Below, in pieces: positions 37,986-46,562 of a stretch of 64,000 nt of DNA. Made by a program: the position numbers and the translations under genes. Source of the DNA: Alphaproteobacteria bacterium (lineage in GTDB: Bacteria > Pseudomonadota > Alphaproteobacteria > MPNO01); NCBI GenBank assembly GCA_964291675.2, contig OZ219866.1, forward strand, positions 512,001 to 576,000, read 5' to 3'. Numbering within the stretch: the stretch's first letter is position 1; each line of letters begins with the position of its first letter. The notes under the pieces are model-generated. The model made no database searches. It was given only the letters and a program-made list of their open reading frames with translations, and was not told the origin of the DNA.

Positions 37986-39449
37986 ATGCTGAAGACCGGC
38001 GCGGAGCATCTCGCAAGCCTGCGCGACGGGCGGAAGGTCTATATCGGTGGCGAGAAGGTGGACGACGTCACCGCCCACCCCGCGTTCCGCAACGGCGCCC
38101 GGTCGTTCGCGATGCTGTACGACCGCAAGCGCGATCCCGAGAACCTCGACGTCATGTCCTTCGAGGAGGACGGCGAGCGCTACTCGAGCTGGTTCCTGAT
38201 GCCGCGGACGAAGGAGGACCTCCGCAAGCGGACGGAGACCCACCGCCGGATCGCGTCCTGGACCCACGGCCTGCTGGGCCGTTCGCCCGACCACGTCGCG
38301 AGCTTCGTCACCGGGCTCGCCATGCGCCCCGATCTGTTCGACGCCATCCGGCAGGGCTTCGGGGACAACATGGTCCGCTACTACCGGCACATGCGCGAGA
38401 ACGACGTGTGCGCGACCTATACGGTCCTGCCGCCGCAGGGCGCCCGCAGCCCGGAGATGTACGAGCGCGAGGGCATGACGGTGCCGACGCTCCGGGTGAC
38501 CGGCGAGGACGATGCCGGCGTCACCCTCAACGGCATGAAGATGCTCGGGACCTCGGCGATCTTCGCCAACGAGACCTGGGTCGGCAATCTGCTCCCGCTG
38601 GGCCCCGACCAGGTCAAGGAGTCGATCACCTGCGGCGTGCCGCTCAATGCCGAAGGCGTCTCGATCTGGTCGCGCAAGCCGTTCGAGCGGCATGCGGTGA
38701 GCGAGTTCGACAACCCGCTCGCCTGGCGCTTCGACGAGACCGATTCGATGGTCATCTTCAAGGACGTGAAGGTGCCCTGGGAGCGCGTCGTGGTGCACGA
38801 CAACGCCGAGATGTCGCGCGAGATCTATGTGCGCTCGCCGAGCCACGTGATGGGCAACCACCAGTCCAACATCCGCTTCCTGGAGAAGATGAAGCTGATC
38901 CTCGCGGTCGCCCGGCGGGTGACCGACATGAACAATGTCGGCCACATCCCGGCGGTCCAGACCACGCTCGGCGATCTCGCCGCCAAGCTGTCCGGGCTGG
39001 AGGCGATGATTTCGGGGCAGATCGAGAATTGCGAGGAATTTGCGCCCGGCTATGTCAACGCGAACCGGCGTTACATGTATGCCGCGCTCCACTTCTGCAC
39101 CAACGCCTACGGGCAGATCTGCGACACCGTGCGCGAGCTGCTGGGCGGCGGGCCGTTCCAGATGCCGGCCGACATCTCGGTGGTCCGCGACCCGGAGATG
39201 CGCGAGACCTTCGAGACCTACTGGTCGGTCCCCGGCCAGAGCGCGATCGAGCGGATGAAGATCCTGAAACTCGCCTGGGACCTGCTGGGCTCCGAGTTCG
39301 CCGGACGCCACGCGCAGTACGAGAAGTTCTATGCGGGCCCCGGCTTCGTGGTCTCCGGCTACGGCTACCGCCATCTGCCGTGGGAGGAATACGAGGCGGC
39401 GCTCGACGAGACGATGAGCCGCTACGACGTGCCCGAGGACGCCGATTGA
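37986..39449 (+). CDS. 4-hydroxyphenylacetate 3-hydroxylase (HpaB) family flavin monooxygenase
   Basis: SLRDGRKVYI.GE.V.DVT.HPAF, GRSPDH, G.KMLGT, RFDETDS..IF.DV.VPWERV, GSEFAGRH.QYEKFY.G. Confidence 0.92.
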   Translation: MLKTGAEHLASLRDGRKVYIGGEKVDDVTAHPAFRNGARSFAMLYDRKRDPENLDVMSFEEDGERYSSWFLMPRTKEDLRKRTETHRRIASWTHGLLGRSPDHVASFVTGLAMRPDLFDAIRQGFGDNMVRYYRHMRENDVCATYTVLPPQGARSPEMYEREGMTVPTLRVTGEDDAGVTLNGMKMLGTSAIFANETWVGNLLPLGPDQVKESITCGVPLNAEGVSIWSRKPFERHAVSEFDNPLAWRFDETDSMVIFKDVKVPWERVVVHDNAEMSREIYVRSPSHVMGNHQSNIRFLEKMKLILAVARRVTDMNNVGHIPAVQTTLGDLAAKLSGLEAMISGQIENCEEFAPGYVNANRRYMYAALHFCTNAYGQICDTVRELLGGGPFQMPADISVVRDPEMRETFETYWSVPGQSAIERMKILKLAWDLLGSEFAGRHAQYEKFYAGPGFVVSGYGYRHLPWEEYEAALDETMSRYDVPEDAD

Positions 39450-40222
39450 GCGGCGGCGCGGTCGCCATCGCGGTGGACGGGGCGCGACTCCACGGCGAAT
39501 GGTGCGCCGAATCGGTCCCGGGCAGGCCCGCGCTGGTCTTTCTCCATGACGGGTTGGGATCGGTCGCAACATGGCGCGGCCTGCCGGGACGGCTCGGCCG
39601 TCGTCTCGGGGTGGGCGCCTTCGCCTACGACCGGTGGGGTTACGGCCGGTCGGACGGGCGGGTCCCCTTCCCGGTCGACTTCATCGAGCAGGAGGCGGCG
39701 CGGCTCGCGGACATCCTCCGCCTTGCCGGGATCGCAGATCACGCCGTCGTCGGGCACAGCGACGGCGGCACCATCGCGCTGTTGTATGCGGCGCGGAACC
39801 CGGCCGGGCTCAAGGCGACGGTGAGCGTGTCGTCCCACGTTTGTCGCGACCCGCTGGCGGAAGCGCATCTCAAGCGCATCGGGAGACACGCCGCCGAGGG
39901 GTCGCTTCCCGCATGGATGGCCCGGTTTCACGGCGACAAGGCGACCGACGTGGCTTCCTGCTGGTCCGCGGCCTGGCTGGAAATCTTCGCCGCCGACTGG
40001 AACATCGCACCGGCGCTCAAGGGGATCGCCGGACCGCTGCTCGCGCTGCACGGAGAGAACGACGCCCACGGTGTCGCCGACCAGCTCCACAGCATCGCCC
40101 GCGCCGTGCCGCACGCCGACGCGCGGCTGCTCCCCGGCATCGACCACTTCCCGCATCTCGAAGACCCGGAGGGCACGGAGGCGGGGATCGCAGCCTTCCT
40201 TGCCGAGGCGCTGGGGCTATAG
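39446..40222 (+). CDS. Alpha/beta hydrolase
   Basis: TTG start overlaps the previous stop; FLHDGLGS, YDRWGYGRS, GHSDGG nucleophile elbow, H.PHLE. Confidence 0.85.
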   Translation: MSGGAVAIAVDGARLHGEWCAESVPGRPALVFLHDGLGSVATWRGLPGRLGRRLGVGAFAYDRWGYGRSDGRVPFPVDFIEQEAARLADILRLAGIADHAVVGHSDGGTIALLYAARNPAGLKATVSVSSHVCRDPLAEAHLKRIGRHAAEGSLPAWMARFHGDKATDVASCWSAAWLEIFAADWNIAPALKGIAGPLLALHGENDAHGVADQLHSIARAVPHADARLLPGIDHFPHLEDPEGTEAGIAAFLAEALGL

Positions 40223-40277
40223 GGGGATTTCCCGCCAACGGCCGACAGTCAGCCGGCGCCATCGCCGACCCCAAAAC

Positions 40278-40408
40278 CGTCACCCCGGATCAAGCCCCGG
40301 ATCACAGTCCGGGGCCTGATCCGAGCATCCAAGGGTGCCGCCACCCTCCCGCCCGGCCGCCATGCGCGAGGACCGGCTGCATGGATGCCCAGACTTGATC
40401 CGGGATGC
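40278..40408. repeat. Nested palindromic REP/RPE-like intergenic element
   Basis: Inverted pairs CCCGGATCAAG (40284-94)/CTTGATCCGGG (40394-404), GCATCCA (40325-31)/TGGATGC (40382-88) and CCCCGGA/TCCGGGG (40295-40314). Confidence 0.65.
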
Positions 40409-40597
40409 AGTGCCTCGTGCTCAGGCGTCGGAGCGATTATCCCCTGATCGCTGCGGGTGGCGCGCCACCGGGTCCGATGGCCGGCAAGTCCTTGCCGCGG
40501 CGCCGAACTCTCGCGTTCGATATCCCGGGAGCCCATCCCTGCGTTGCAATCGGGGACGGGCATGCTCAGGTCGGCGGAAGCGCCTCCAAGGAGTCGT

Positions 40598-41026
40598 TCA
40601 GCCCCCCTCGATCGCCCGGCGGACGGCTTCGGAGTCCTGCTTCTTGACCACCAGGGGGCGCTGGGTCTTGGCGTAGGTGTGCTTCTCGACCAGCTTTCCG
40701 TCGCGGAAATGCAGCAGGTCGAGGCCGCGCCATCCGCCGCCCCGCTCGCCGCTCTCGACGGTCAGCATCCAGCTGATCATCGCCTTTCCGGTCTCGACAT
40801 CGAGGAACATGTCCTCGGTGTGGAAGCGCATCTTGCCGTACTTGCCGTCGAATTGCGGCTCGAAGGCGGCGCGGATCGCGTCCTTGCCGACATGGCGTTC
40901 GCCGTGGAACTCGTCATAGATCGCATCGTCGGCGAAATAGGCCATCACCTCGTCGATGCTCTCGCGGTTGAAGGCCTCGGTGAAATCCTCGACCCACTCG
41001 CCCAACTCTTCGCGGCTCACGCCCAT
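40598..41026 (-). CDS. SnoaL/NTF2-like protein
   Basis: FTEAFN..SIDEVM.YFADDA, G.DAIRAAF, GLDLLHFRDGKLVEKHTY. Confidence 0.85.
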   Translation of the reverse strand: MGVSREELGEWVEDFTEAFNRESIDEVMAYFADDAIYDEFHGERHVGKDAIRAAFEPQFDGKYGKMRFHTEDMFLDVETGKAMISWMLTVESGERGGGWRGLDLLHFRDGKLVEKHTYAKTQRPLVVKKQDSEAVRRAIEGG

Positions 41027-41050
41027 TCCATCCTCCGGTTCGCGCGGGGC

Positions 41051-42049
41051 CTAGCGCCCCGTCGTGAGCACCATCTTACCCCGCACCCCGTGCTGCTGGA
41101 ACATCGGGATCACCGACTGGAAATCCTCCAGCGGGCGGACGCCGGTGACCTGCGGGTTGATGTCGCCGCGCTCGCACATCGCCATCAGCTCGGCGACCGC
41201 GCCCGCCATCAGCTCGGGCCGGTGGCGGAAGTGGAGGTCGAGCGCGACCCCCATCATCGTCAGGTTGCGCACGTTGAAATAGCCCGCCTTGGCCTCCGGG
41301 ATGCGCCCGGCGGCGAAGCCCACGGCGAGGATCCGCCCGGAGAAGGCGAGCGCGCGGATCGCGGCATCGAAGAAGTCGCCGCCGATGGGGTCGAGCACGA
41401 TGTCGACGCCGCGCCGCCCGGTCGCCGCATAGACCTGCTCGCGCAGCGAATCGCGGACATCGTCGCCCGACAGGTCGATGACGTGATCGGCGCCATGCGC
41501 CTCGATCAGCGCCACCCGCTCGGGCGACATCGAGGTCGACCCGGCGATCGCGGTGGCGCCGCTCGCCCTGGCGATCTCGATCGCGGCCAGCCCGACGCCG
41601 CCCGAGGCGCCGAGCACGAGAACGGTATCGCCGGCGGCGATCCGCGCCCGGACGACCAGCGCGACATAGGCGGTCAGGTAGGTGGTCATCATCCCGGCGC
41701 CGGTCACGAAATCGACCTTGTCGGGCAGCGCCCAGCAGCGCTCCTTCGGCACCGCCCGCCGCTCGGCATAGGCGCCGAAGGTATAGACCGAGGCAACCCG
41801 GTCGCCCGGCCCGACGTGGCTCACATCGGCGCCGACGGCCGCCACCACCCCCGCCGCGTCGCGGCCCGGCACGAACGGCGTCTCGGGCTTCACCTGGTAG
41901 CGGCCCTGCATCATCAGCGTGTCGGGGTAGTTGAGCCCGATCGCGTGGATGTCGATCAGCACCTCGTCCGGCCCGGGAACCGGATCGTCCACCTCTTCCA
42001 GCCCGTGCGTCTCCAACGGCCCGAACTCGCGGACGACCACACCGCGCAT
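41051..42049 (-). CDS. NADPH:quinone oxidoreductase (MDR/zeta-crystallin family)
   Basis: GLNYPD...GRYQ, PFVPG, VLGASGGVG, GVDIVLDPIGG, VGFAAG.IP, GKMVL. Confidence 0.9.
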   Translation of the reverse strand: MRGVVVREFGPLETHGLEEVDDPVPGPDEVLIDIHAIGLNYPDTLMMQGRYQVKPETPFVPGRDAAGVVAAVGADVSHVGPGDRVASVYTFGAYAERRAVPKERCWALPDKVDFVTGAGMMTTYLTAYVALVVRARIAAGDTVLVLGASGGVGLAAIEIARASGATAIAGSTSMSPERVALIEAHGADHVIDLSGDDVRDSLREQVYAATGRRGVDIVLDPIGGDFFDAAIRALAFSGRILAVGFAAGRIPEAKAGYFNVRNLTMMGVALDLHFRHRPELMAGAVAELMAMCERGDINPQVTGVRPLEDFQSVIPMFQQHGVRGKMVLTTGR

Positions 42050-42123
42050 GACGTTCTCCCCCTCAGGATTGCGGCCGGGAACCTATCACCCGGCCCGGCC
42101 CGGCGGAAGCCGCGGCCCACGGC

Positions 42124-42152
42124 TTGACCCCCGCCGGGCGCGCGAGGACTAT
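42124..42152 (+). promoter_or_regulatory. Candidate sigma70 promoter for the acyl-CoA ligase gene
   Basis: TTGACC-N17-GACTAT about 30 nt upstream of ATG 42185. Confidence 0.4.
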
Positions 42153-42184
42153 CGCGCCGGTTTTGGCCAGGGGAGCACGAGGCC

Positions 42185-43765
42185 ATGAAGCGGCGCGTCG
42201 GCGGGACCGAGCCCGGGGCCGAGCACGATCTTGCGATCCCCTTCACCTCGGTGAGGGCGCTGCTCGATGCCTACAGGGCGCGCGATGCGGACCGGGTGGC
42301 GCTGGTCGACCTCGACCAAAGGAGGTCGATCACCTGGGGCGAGCTTCACGCGGAGGCCAACCGCATCGCCAATTTTCTCGGCCAGCGCGGCATCGGGCGG
42401 GGCGACTATGTCGCGGTGCTGTCCGACGAGCGGCTGGAGAAGCTGATCCTGTGGATGGGGATCTGGCGCGCCGGCGCGGCGATCTGCCCGATCAACGTCG
42501 AGATGAATATCGGCTATATCGCCCGCATCCTGCGCGCGATCGGCCCCAGGCTCACGCTGTGGCACGAGGCGATGGACGGACCCCGCATGACCGACGGCGT
42601 GGACGGCGAGATCCACCGCTTCGGGAGCTGGCGGGGCGGCGCGGACGCGGACGGGTTCTTCGCGCAGATCGCCGCCGTCCCGGCCGCGCCCGAGCTCGAT
42701 TTCGACAACGCGGCCGACGACATCGGCAGCATCTACTGCACGTCGGGCACCACGGACGAGCCCAAGCTGTTCGTCTGCGACATGCTGGGGCACTGGCTGT
42801 TCGGGCTGTCGACGATCGACTTTCTCGACCTCACCGAGGCCGACCGCACGCTGGAATACCGCTCCTTCGGCTGGAACTCGGCCCAGGGGGCGAGCCTGCT
42901 GCCGTGGATGCAGACCGGCTGCACGCTCCATTTCGCGCGGCGCTTCTCGCACAGCCGATTTTTCGAGTGGATCAGGGACCACCGGATCACGTTCGCGATC
43001 GGCATCCCGACGGTGATCAACATGCTGCTCGACGACCCGGTCGAGATCGACCGCGCGGACATCGCCTCGCTCCGCTTCATGAGCTCGAGCACCGCGCCGC
43101 TCGCGCCCGAGCGCTGGCAGCAATTCGAGGACCGCTACGGCATCGGCCTCTTGCAGTTCTACGGCTGCTCGGAGGGCGGCTGGGTGTGCGGCAACCGGCA
43201 CGACTACTGCCGCAAGGGAACCGTCGGCCCGCCGGCCAAGCACCAGGAACTGCTGATCGTCGACGAGGACGGCAAGCGCTGCCCGCCGGGCGTCGAGGGC
43301 GAGGTCACGCTGGGCGGTCCGCAATGCGTGGTCGCCGCGATGTCGGTCGACGGGGAGTGGGAGGAGTTGAAGGGCCGGCGCATCCATCTCGGCGATCTCG
43401 GCGTGATGGACGCGGACGGCTTCATCACCGTGACCGGGCGCCTCAAGGACCTGATCATCCGCGGCGGCGTCAATATCGCGCCGGCCGAGATCGACAACGT
43501 GCTGCTGCGCCACCCGGGCGTGCACGAGGCCGCGGCGGTCGGCGTGCCGGATCCGATCTACGGCGAGGAGGTCGTCTGCTACGTGGTCGGCCGCTCCGGG
43601 GCGCGCCTGACCGAGGCCGAGATCGCCGAGCATTGCAGGGCCAGCCTGCCCGACTACCGGGTGCCCAAGGAGGTCCACTTCGTCGATGCGCTGCCCAAGA
43701 ACGACCGCGGCAAGGTGCGCCGGCCCGACCTGCGCGAAATGTGGCAGGCGGCCCGGGCCGGTTAG
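42185..43765 (+). CDS. Class I adenylate-forming acyl/aryl-CoA ligase
   Basis: IYCTSGTTDEPK, FYGCSEGG, HLGDLG, GRLKDLIIRGGVNI, LPKNDRGKV. Confidence 0.9.
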   Translation: MKRRVGGTEPGAEHDLAIPFTSVRALLDAYRARDADRVALVDLDQRRSITWGELHAEANRIANFLGQRGIGRGDYVAVLSDERLEKLILWMGIWRAGAAICPINVEMNIGYIARILRAIGPRLTLWHEAMDGPRMTDGVDGEIHRFGSWRGGADADGFFAQIAAVPAAPELDFDNAADDIGSIYCTSGTTDEPKLFVCDMLGHWLFGLSTIDFLDLTEADRTLEYRSFGWNSAQGASLLPWMQTGCTLHFARRFSHSRFFEWIRDHRITFAIGIPTVINMLLDDPVEIDRADIASLRFMSSSTAPLAPERWQQFEDRYGIGLLQFYGCSEGGWVCGNRHDYCRKGTVGPPAKHQELLIVDEDGKRCPPGVEGEVTLGGPQCVVAAMSVDGEWEELKGRRIHLGDLGVMDADGFITVTGRLKDLIIRGGVNIAPAEIDNVLLRHPGVHEAAAVGVPDPIYGEEVVCYVVGRSGARLTEAEIAEHCRASLPDYRVPKEVHFVDALPKNDRGKVRRPDLREMWQAARAG

Positions 43766-44043
43766 ACCGAAACCGTACCGCCTGCTGCCTCACGGTCTGT
43801 TTTCGCTATGGCAACCGGTGATCGATTGTTTCGCCGGAAATGCCGGTTTCCTTTGCAATTCGCGCCGGGGGCCGTAGATTTGGCGCCCGGCCCGGGCCGC
43901 AGCCCGGGCGGGTTCTTGCATGAGAGCAAGGCGCGTGGCGGCGGGATGGGCCCGCCGCCCGTTGAAGCCGCCGACGAACGCGGCCACACACGGCTCCGAC
44001 CGCCGACAAACGCGGTCATGCGGAGACGCCAAGAGGAGACCTC

Positions 44044-45621
44044 ATGAGCACGGCCAGGAAGGAAGCGCTCGGCGCGCCCGCCGAAGCGATCAACGATTTG
44101 CGCAACTCGCTGGAATGGCTCAGGTCGGAAGGCGACCTGATCGAGACCGACAAGGAGGTCGATCCCGACCTCGAGCTGACCGCGATCCAGAAGCAGATGG
44201 ATGGCGGCTGCCCGATCCTGTTCAACCACGTCAAGGGCAAGCCCAACCACCGCCTGCTCACCAACCTGTTCGGCGACATCGAGGTGATCAACAAGATGTT
44301 CGGCTGGACCGACAACACCGACCGCACGCGCCGGCTCGCGCATGCGCTATCGCACCCGCTGCCGCCGGAGGTCGTCCCGCAGGACCAGGCGCCCTGCCAG
44401 CAGCACGTGATCGAGAACCCGGTCGACGTCAACGAGCACATGGTGCCGATCCGCCACACCACCTACGAGCCCGAGCTCACCGTGGGGTCGGGCAACCGGG
44501 TGGTGACCGGCGATTATTTCGACGGCGGCTCGGATCTCGGCTACAACCGGATGAACTTCCGCTGGGGCAATGTCGGCACCTTCCAGATCTCGCCCGGCTC
44601 GCATATGTGGCAGGTCGTCTCCAAGCACTACAAGGACGACACGCCGGTGCCGATCACCATGTGCTTCGGCGTGCCGCCGTCCTGCACGCTGCTCGCGGGC
44701 GCCGGCTTCGACTACGTGATCCTGCCGCAGGGCTGCGACGAGATCGGCATCGCCGGCGCGGTGCAGGGCTCGCCGGTGCGCATGGTCAAGGCGCGCACCG
44801 TGGACGCGCTGGCGCTGGCCGATTGCGAGCTCGTGCTGGAAGGCTATGTCAACCCGCGCGACCGCCGCTACGAGACCGCCGAGGCCGAGGAGGCCGGGGT
44901 CCAGGGACGCTTCCACTTCCACCCGGAATGGGCCGGCTATATGGGCAAGGCCTACAAGGCGCCGACCTTCCACGTCACCGGGGTGACCATGCGCGACCCG
45001 GCGACCAAGCCGATCATCTTCGCGCTCGGCGTCCACACGCTCGACGACCACAACATCGACACCACGGTGCGCGAATCCGCGATGTTCGAGCTGTGCGAGC
45101 GCATGCAGCCCGGCATCATCCAGGACTGTGTCATCCCCTACTGCATGACCGACTGGGGCGGCGCGATCATCCAGGTCAAGAAGCGCAACCGGATCGACGA
45201 GGGCTGGCAGCGCAACTTCATGTCGGCGATCCTGTCGACCTCGCAGGGCTCCAGGCTCTGCATCGCGGTCTCCGAGGACACCGACCCCTACGACATGGAC
45301 GACGTGATGTGGTGCCTGACGACAAGGGTCAACCCGCATACCGACATCCTCAACCCGATCCCGGGCGGGCGCGGCCAGACCTTCATGCCGGCCGAGCGCA
45401 TGACCGCCGGCGAACGCGAATGGACGGCCTCCAACACCCGGTTCGAGGGCGGCATGGGGATCGACGCGACGGTGCCGTTCGGCTTCGAGAGCGACTTCCT
45501 GAGGCCGGTCTATCCGATCGAGAAGGTGACGCTGGACGACTTCTTCACCGACGACCAGATCGCCAACGCCAAGGGCCGCATGAAGGGCTGGGTCCACTCG
45601 CTGGCGCGCACCGGCCGGTAG
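44044..45621 (+). CDS. UbiD-family prFMN decarboxylase, phthaloyl-CoA decarboxylase (Pcd/PhtDa)-like
   Basis: 525 aa, UbiD-type N-terminus. Segments GYNRMNFRWGNVGTFQISPGSHMWQV, GRFHFHPEWAGYMGKAYKAPTFHVT, PGGRGQTFMPAER and SLARTGR match my recollection of Pcd; this needs alignment to confirm. Confidence 0.88.
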   Translation: MSTARKEALGAPAEAINDLRNSLEWLRSEGDLIETDKEVDPDLELTAIQKQMDGGCPILFNHVKGKPNHRLLTNLFGDIEVINKMFGWTDNTDRTRRLAHALSHPLPPEVVPQDQAPCQQHVIENPVDVNEHMVPIRHTTYEPELTVGSGNRVVTGDYFDGGSDLGYNRMNFRWGNVGTFQISPGSHMWQVVSKHYKDDTPVPITMCFGVPPSCTLLAGAGFDYVILPQGCDEIGIAGAVQGSPVRMVKARTVDALALADCELVLEGYVNPRDRRYETAEAEEAGVQGRFHFHPEWAGYMGKAYKAPTFHVTGVTMRDPATKPIIFALGVHTLDDHNIDTTVRESAMFELCERMQPGIIQDCVIPYCMTDWGGAIIQVKKRNRIDEGWQRNFMSAILSTSQGSRLCIAVSEDTDPYDMDDVMWCLTTRVNPHTDILNPIPGGRGQTFMPAERMTAGEREWTASNTRFEGGMGIDATVPFGFESDFLRPVYPIEKVTLDDFFTDDQIANAKGRMKGWVHSLARTGR

Positions 45622-45652
45622 GGCCGGCGCTCACCGGCCACGGCGACGACGA

Positions 45653-45680
45653 GGCGGCCTCCGGGCCGCCCCTTCAATTT
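45653..45680 (+). terminator. Possible weak intrinsic terminator after the UbiD gene
   Basis: GGCGGCC-TCCG-GGCCGCC hairpin followed by CCTTCAATTT (poor U-tract). Confidence 0.3.
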
Positions 45681-45819
45681 CGAGCCATGCGCAAGCGGTT
45701 TGCGCCCAATACTGCCGCCCATACCCAGGCCTTCACTTTCTTCGGCTGATCCGAACGCCCGTCCCGGGTCCCGCTCCTGGTCCGCGGCATTCCTGCTTTC
45801 GCCGTGCCGCGGCCTCCGG

Positions 45820-46221
45820 TCAGGTGCCCTCGATCTCGTGCCGAGCCGCCGTCGCCAGGAAGGCCGACCGGGTCATGCGGCGCTGCCTTGCCTCGTCGTC
45901 GATGGCCTCAAGCAGACCGCGGTCGAGGGAGATGTTGACCCGTCGCGAGGATCCGCGGTCAAGGAGGAGCGGGATCAGCACGAAGTCGGCGCCGCGCCGC
46001 CACTCGGCGATGTCCGGGTCGGCCTTGATGGCGTCGATCGAGCGGGGCGCCGGAATCGACTCGCCGTCGTTGCGGAGTCCCTCGACGTGGAACGCGAGGG
46101 CTTCGCCGCCCTGCCTGACGGCGTCGTCGACCGTGTCGCCGACAGAGACGCAGCCTGGAAAGTCGGGGAAACTTACCCCGTATCCGGCATCGCCCCGGTG
46201 GATGAAAGATACGTAGCGCAT
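45820..46221 (-). CDS. hicB: HicB antitoxin with RHH domain
   Basis: MRYVSFIH...YGVSFPDFPGCVSVGDT, RVNISLD..LL..ID..A..R.MTRSAFLA.AA. Confidence 0.92.
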   Translation of the reverse strand: MRYVSFIHRGDAGYGVSFPDFPGCVSVGDTVDDAVRQGGEALAFHVEGLRNDGESIPAPRSIDAIKADPDIAEWRRGADFVLIPLLLDRGSSRRVNISLDRGLLEAIDDEARQRRMTRSAFLATAARHEIEGT

Positions 46222-46234
46222 CGCTTCGTCCTCT

Positions 46235-46426
46235 TTACGCGTTCCAGCCCGCTTGCCGGTAAATCGACGCCACCGTGCCGCGCGGGATGTCCTTGTTCGG
46301 GTGCGGCACGGTGACGCGGCCCGGTTTGGCAGGATGCTTGAACTGCCAGTGGCTGCCCTTGGTGGCGACACGCACTCAGCCGTCCTGTTGGAGCATCCGG
46401 ATGAGCCGGCCGCTATTGCGTTCCAC
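46235..46426 (-). pseudogene. hicA: HicA toxin interrupted by an in-frame TGA at codon 17
   Basis: GTG start; MERNSGRLIRMLQQDG*VRVATKGSHWQFKHPAKPGRVTVPHPNKDIPRGTVASIYRQAGWNA*. The TGA (46376-78) stands where family members usually have DGW. Confidence 0.85.
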
Positions 46427-46439
46427 AACCTGTCCCTTG

Positions 46440-46459
46440 TTGTGTACAAATGTACGCAA
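46440..46459. promoter_or_regulatory. Inverted-repeat operator upstream of hicAB
   Basis: TTGTGTACA-AA-TGTACGCAA (8/9 palindromic), 13 nt upstream of the hicA start; HicB-RHH proteins autorepress via such sites. Confidence 0.65.
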
Positions 46460-46562
46460 TAACCAGGTTCGGGCAACGGGTCCGACCCAGCGACCGCGGC
46501 GATGGGCCTCCGGCCATTCGGGATTGACTTCGTTCGGATGTTCCGGTCGCCGCGGCGCGAAC

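Noticed and set aside
40410-40597. Possible small gene or pseudogene beside the palindromic element
   Set aside because: No frame I examined gave a recognisable motif or convincing codon bias.
46376-46378. TGA in hicA as selenocysteine or an alternative genetic code
   Set aside because: The position corresponds to Trp rather than Cys, and TGA is the normal stop codon of many genes in this window.
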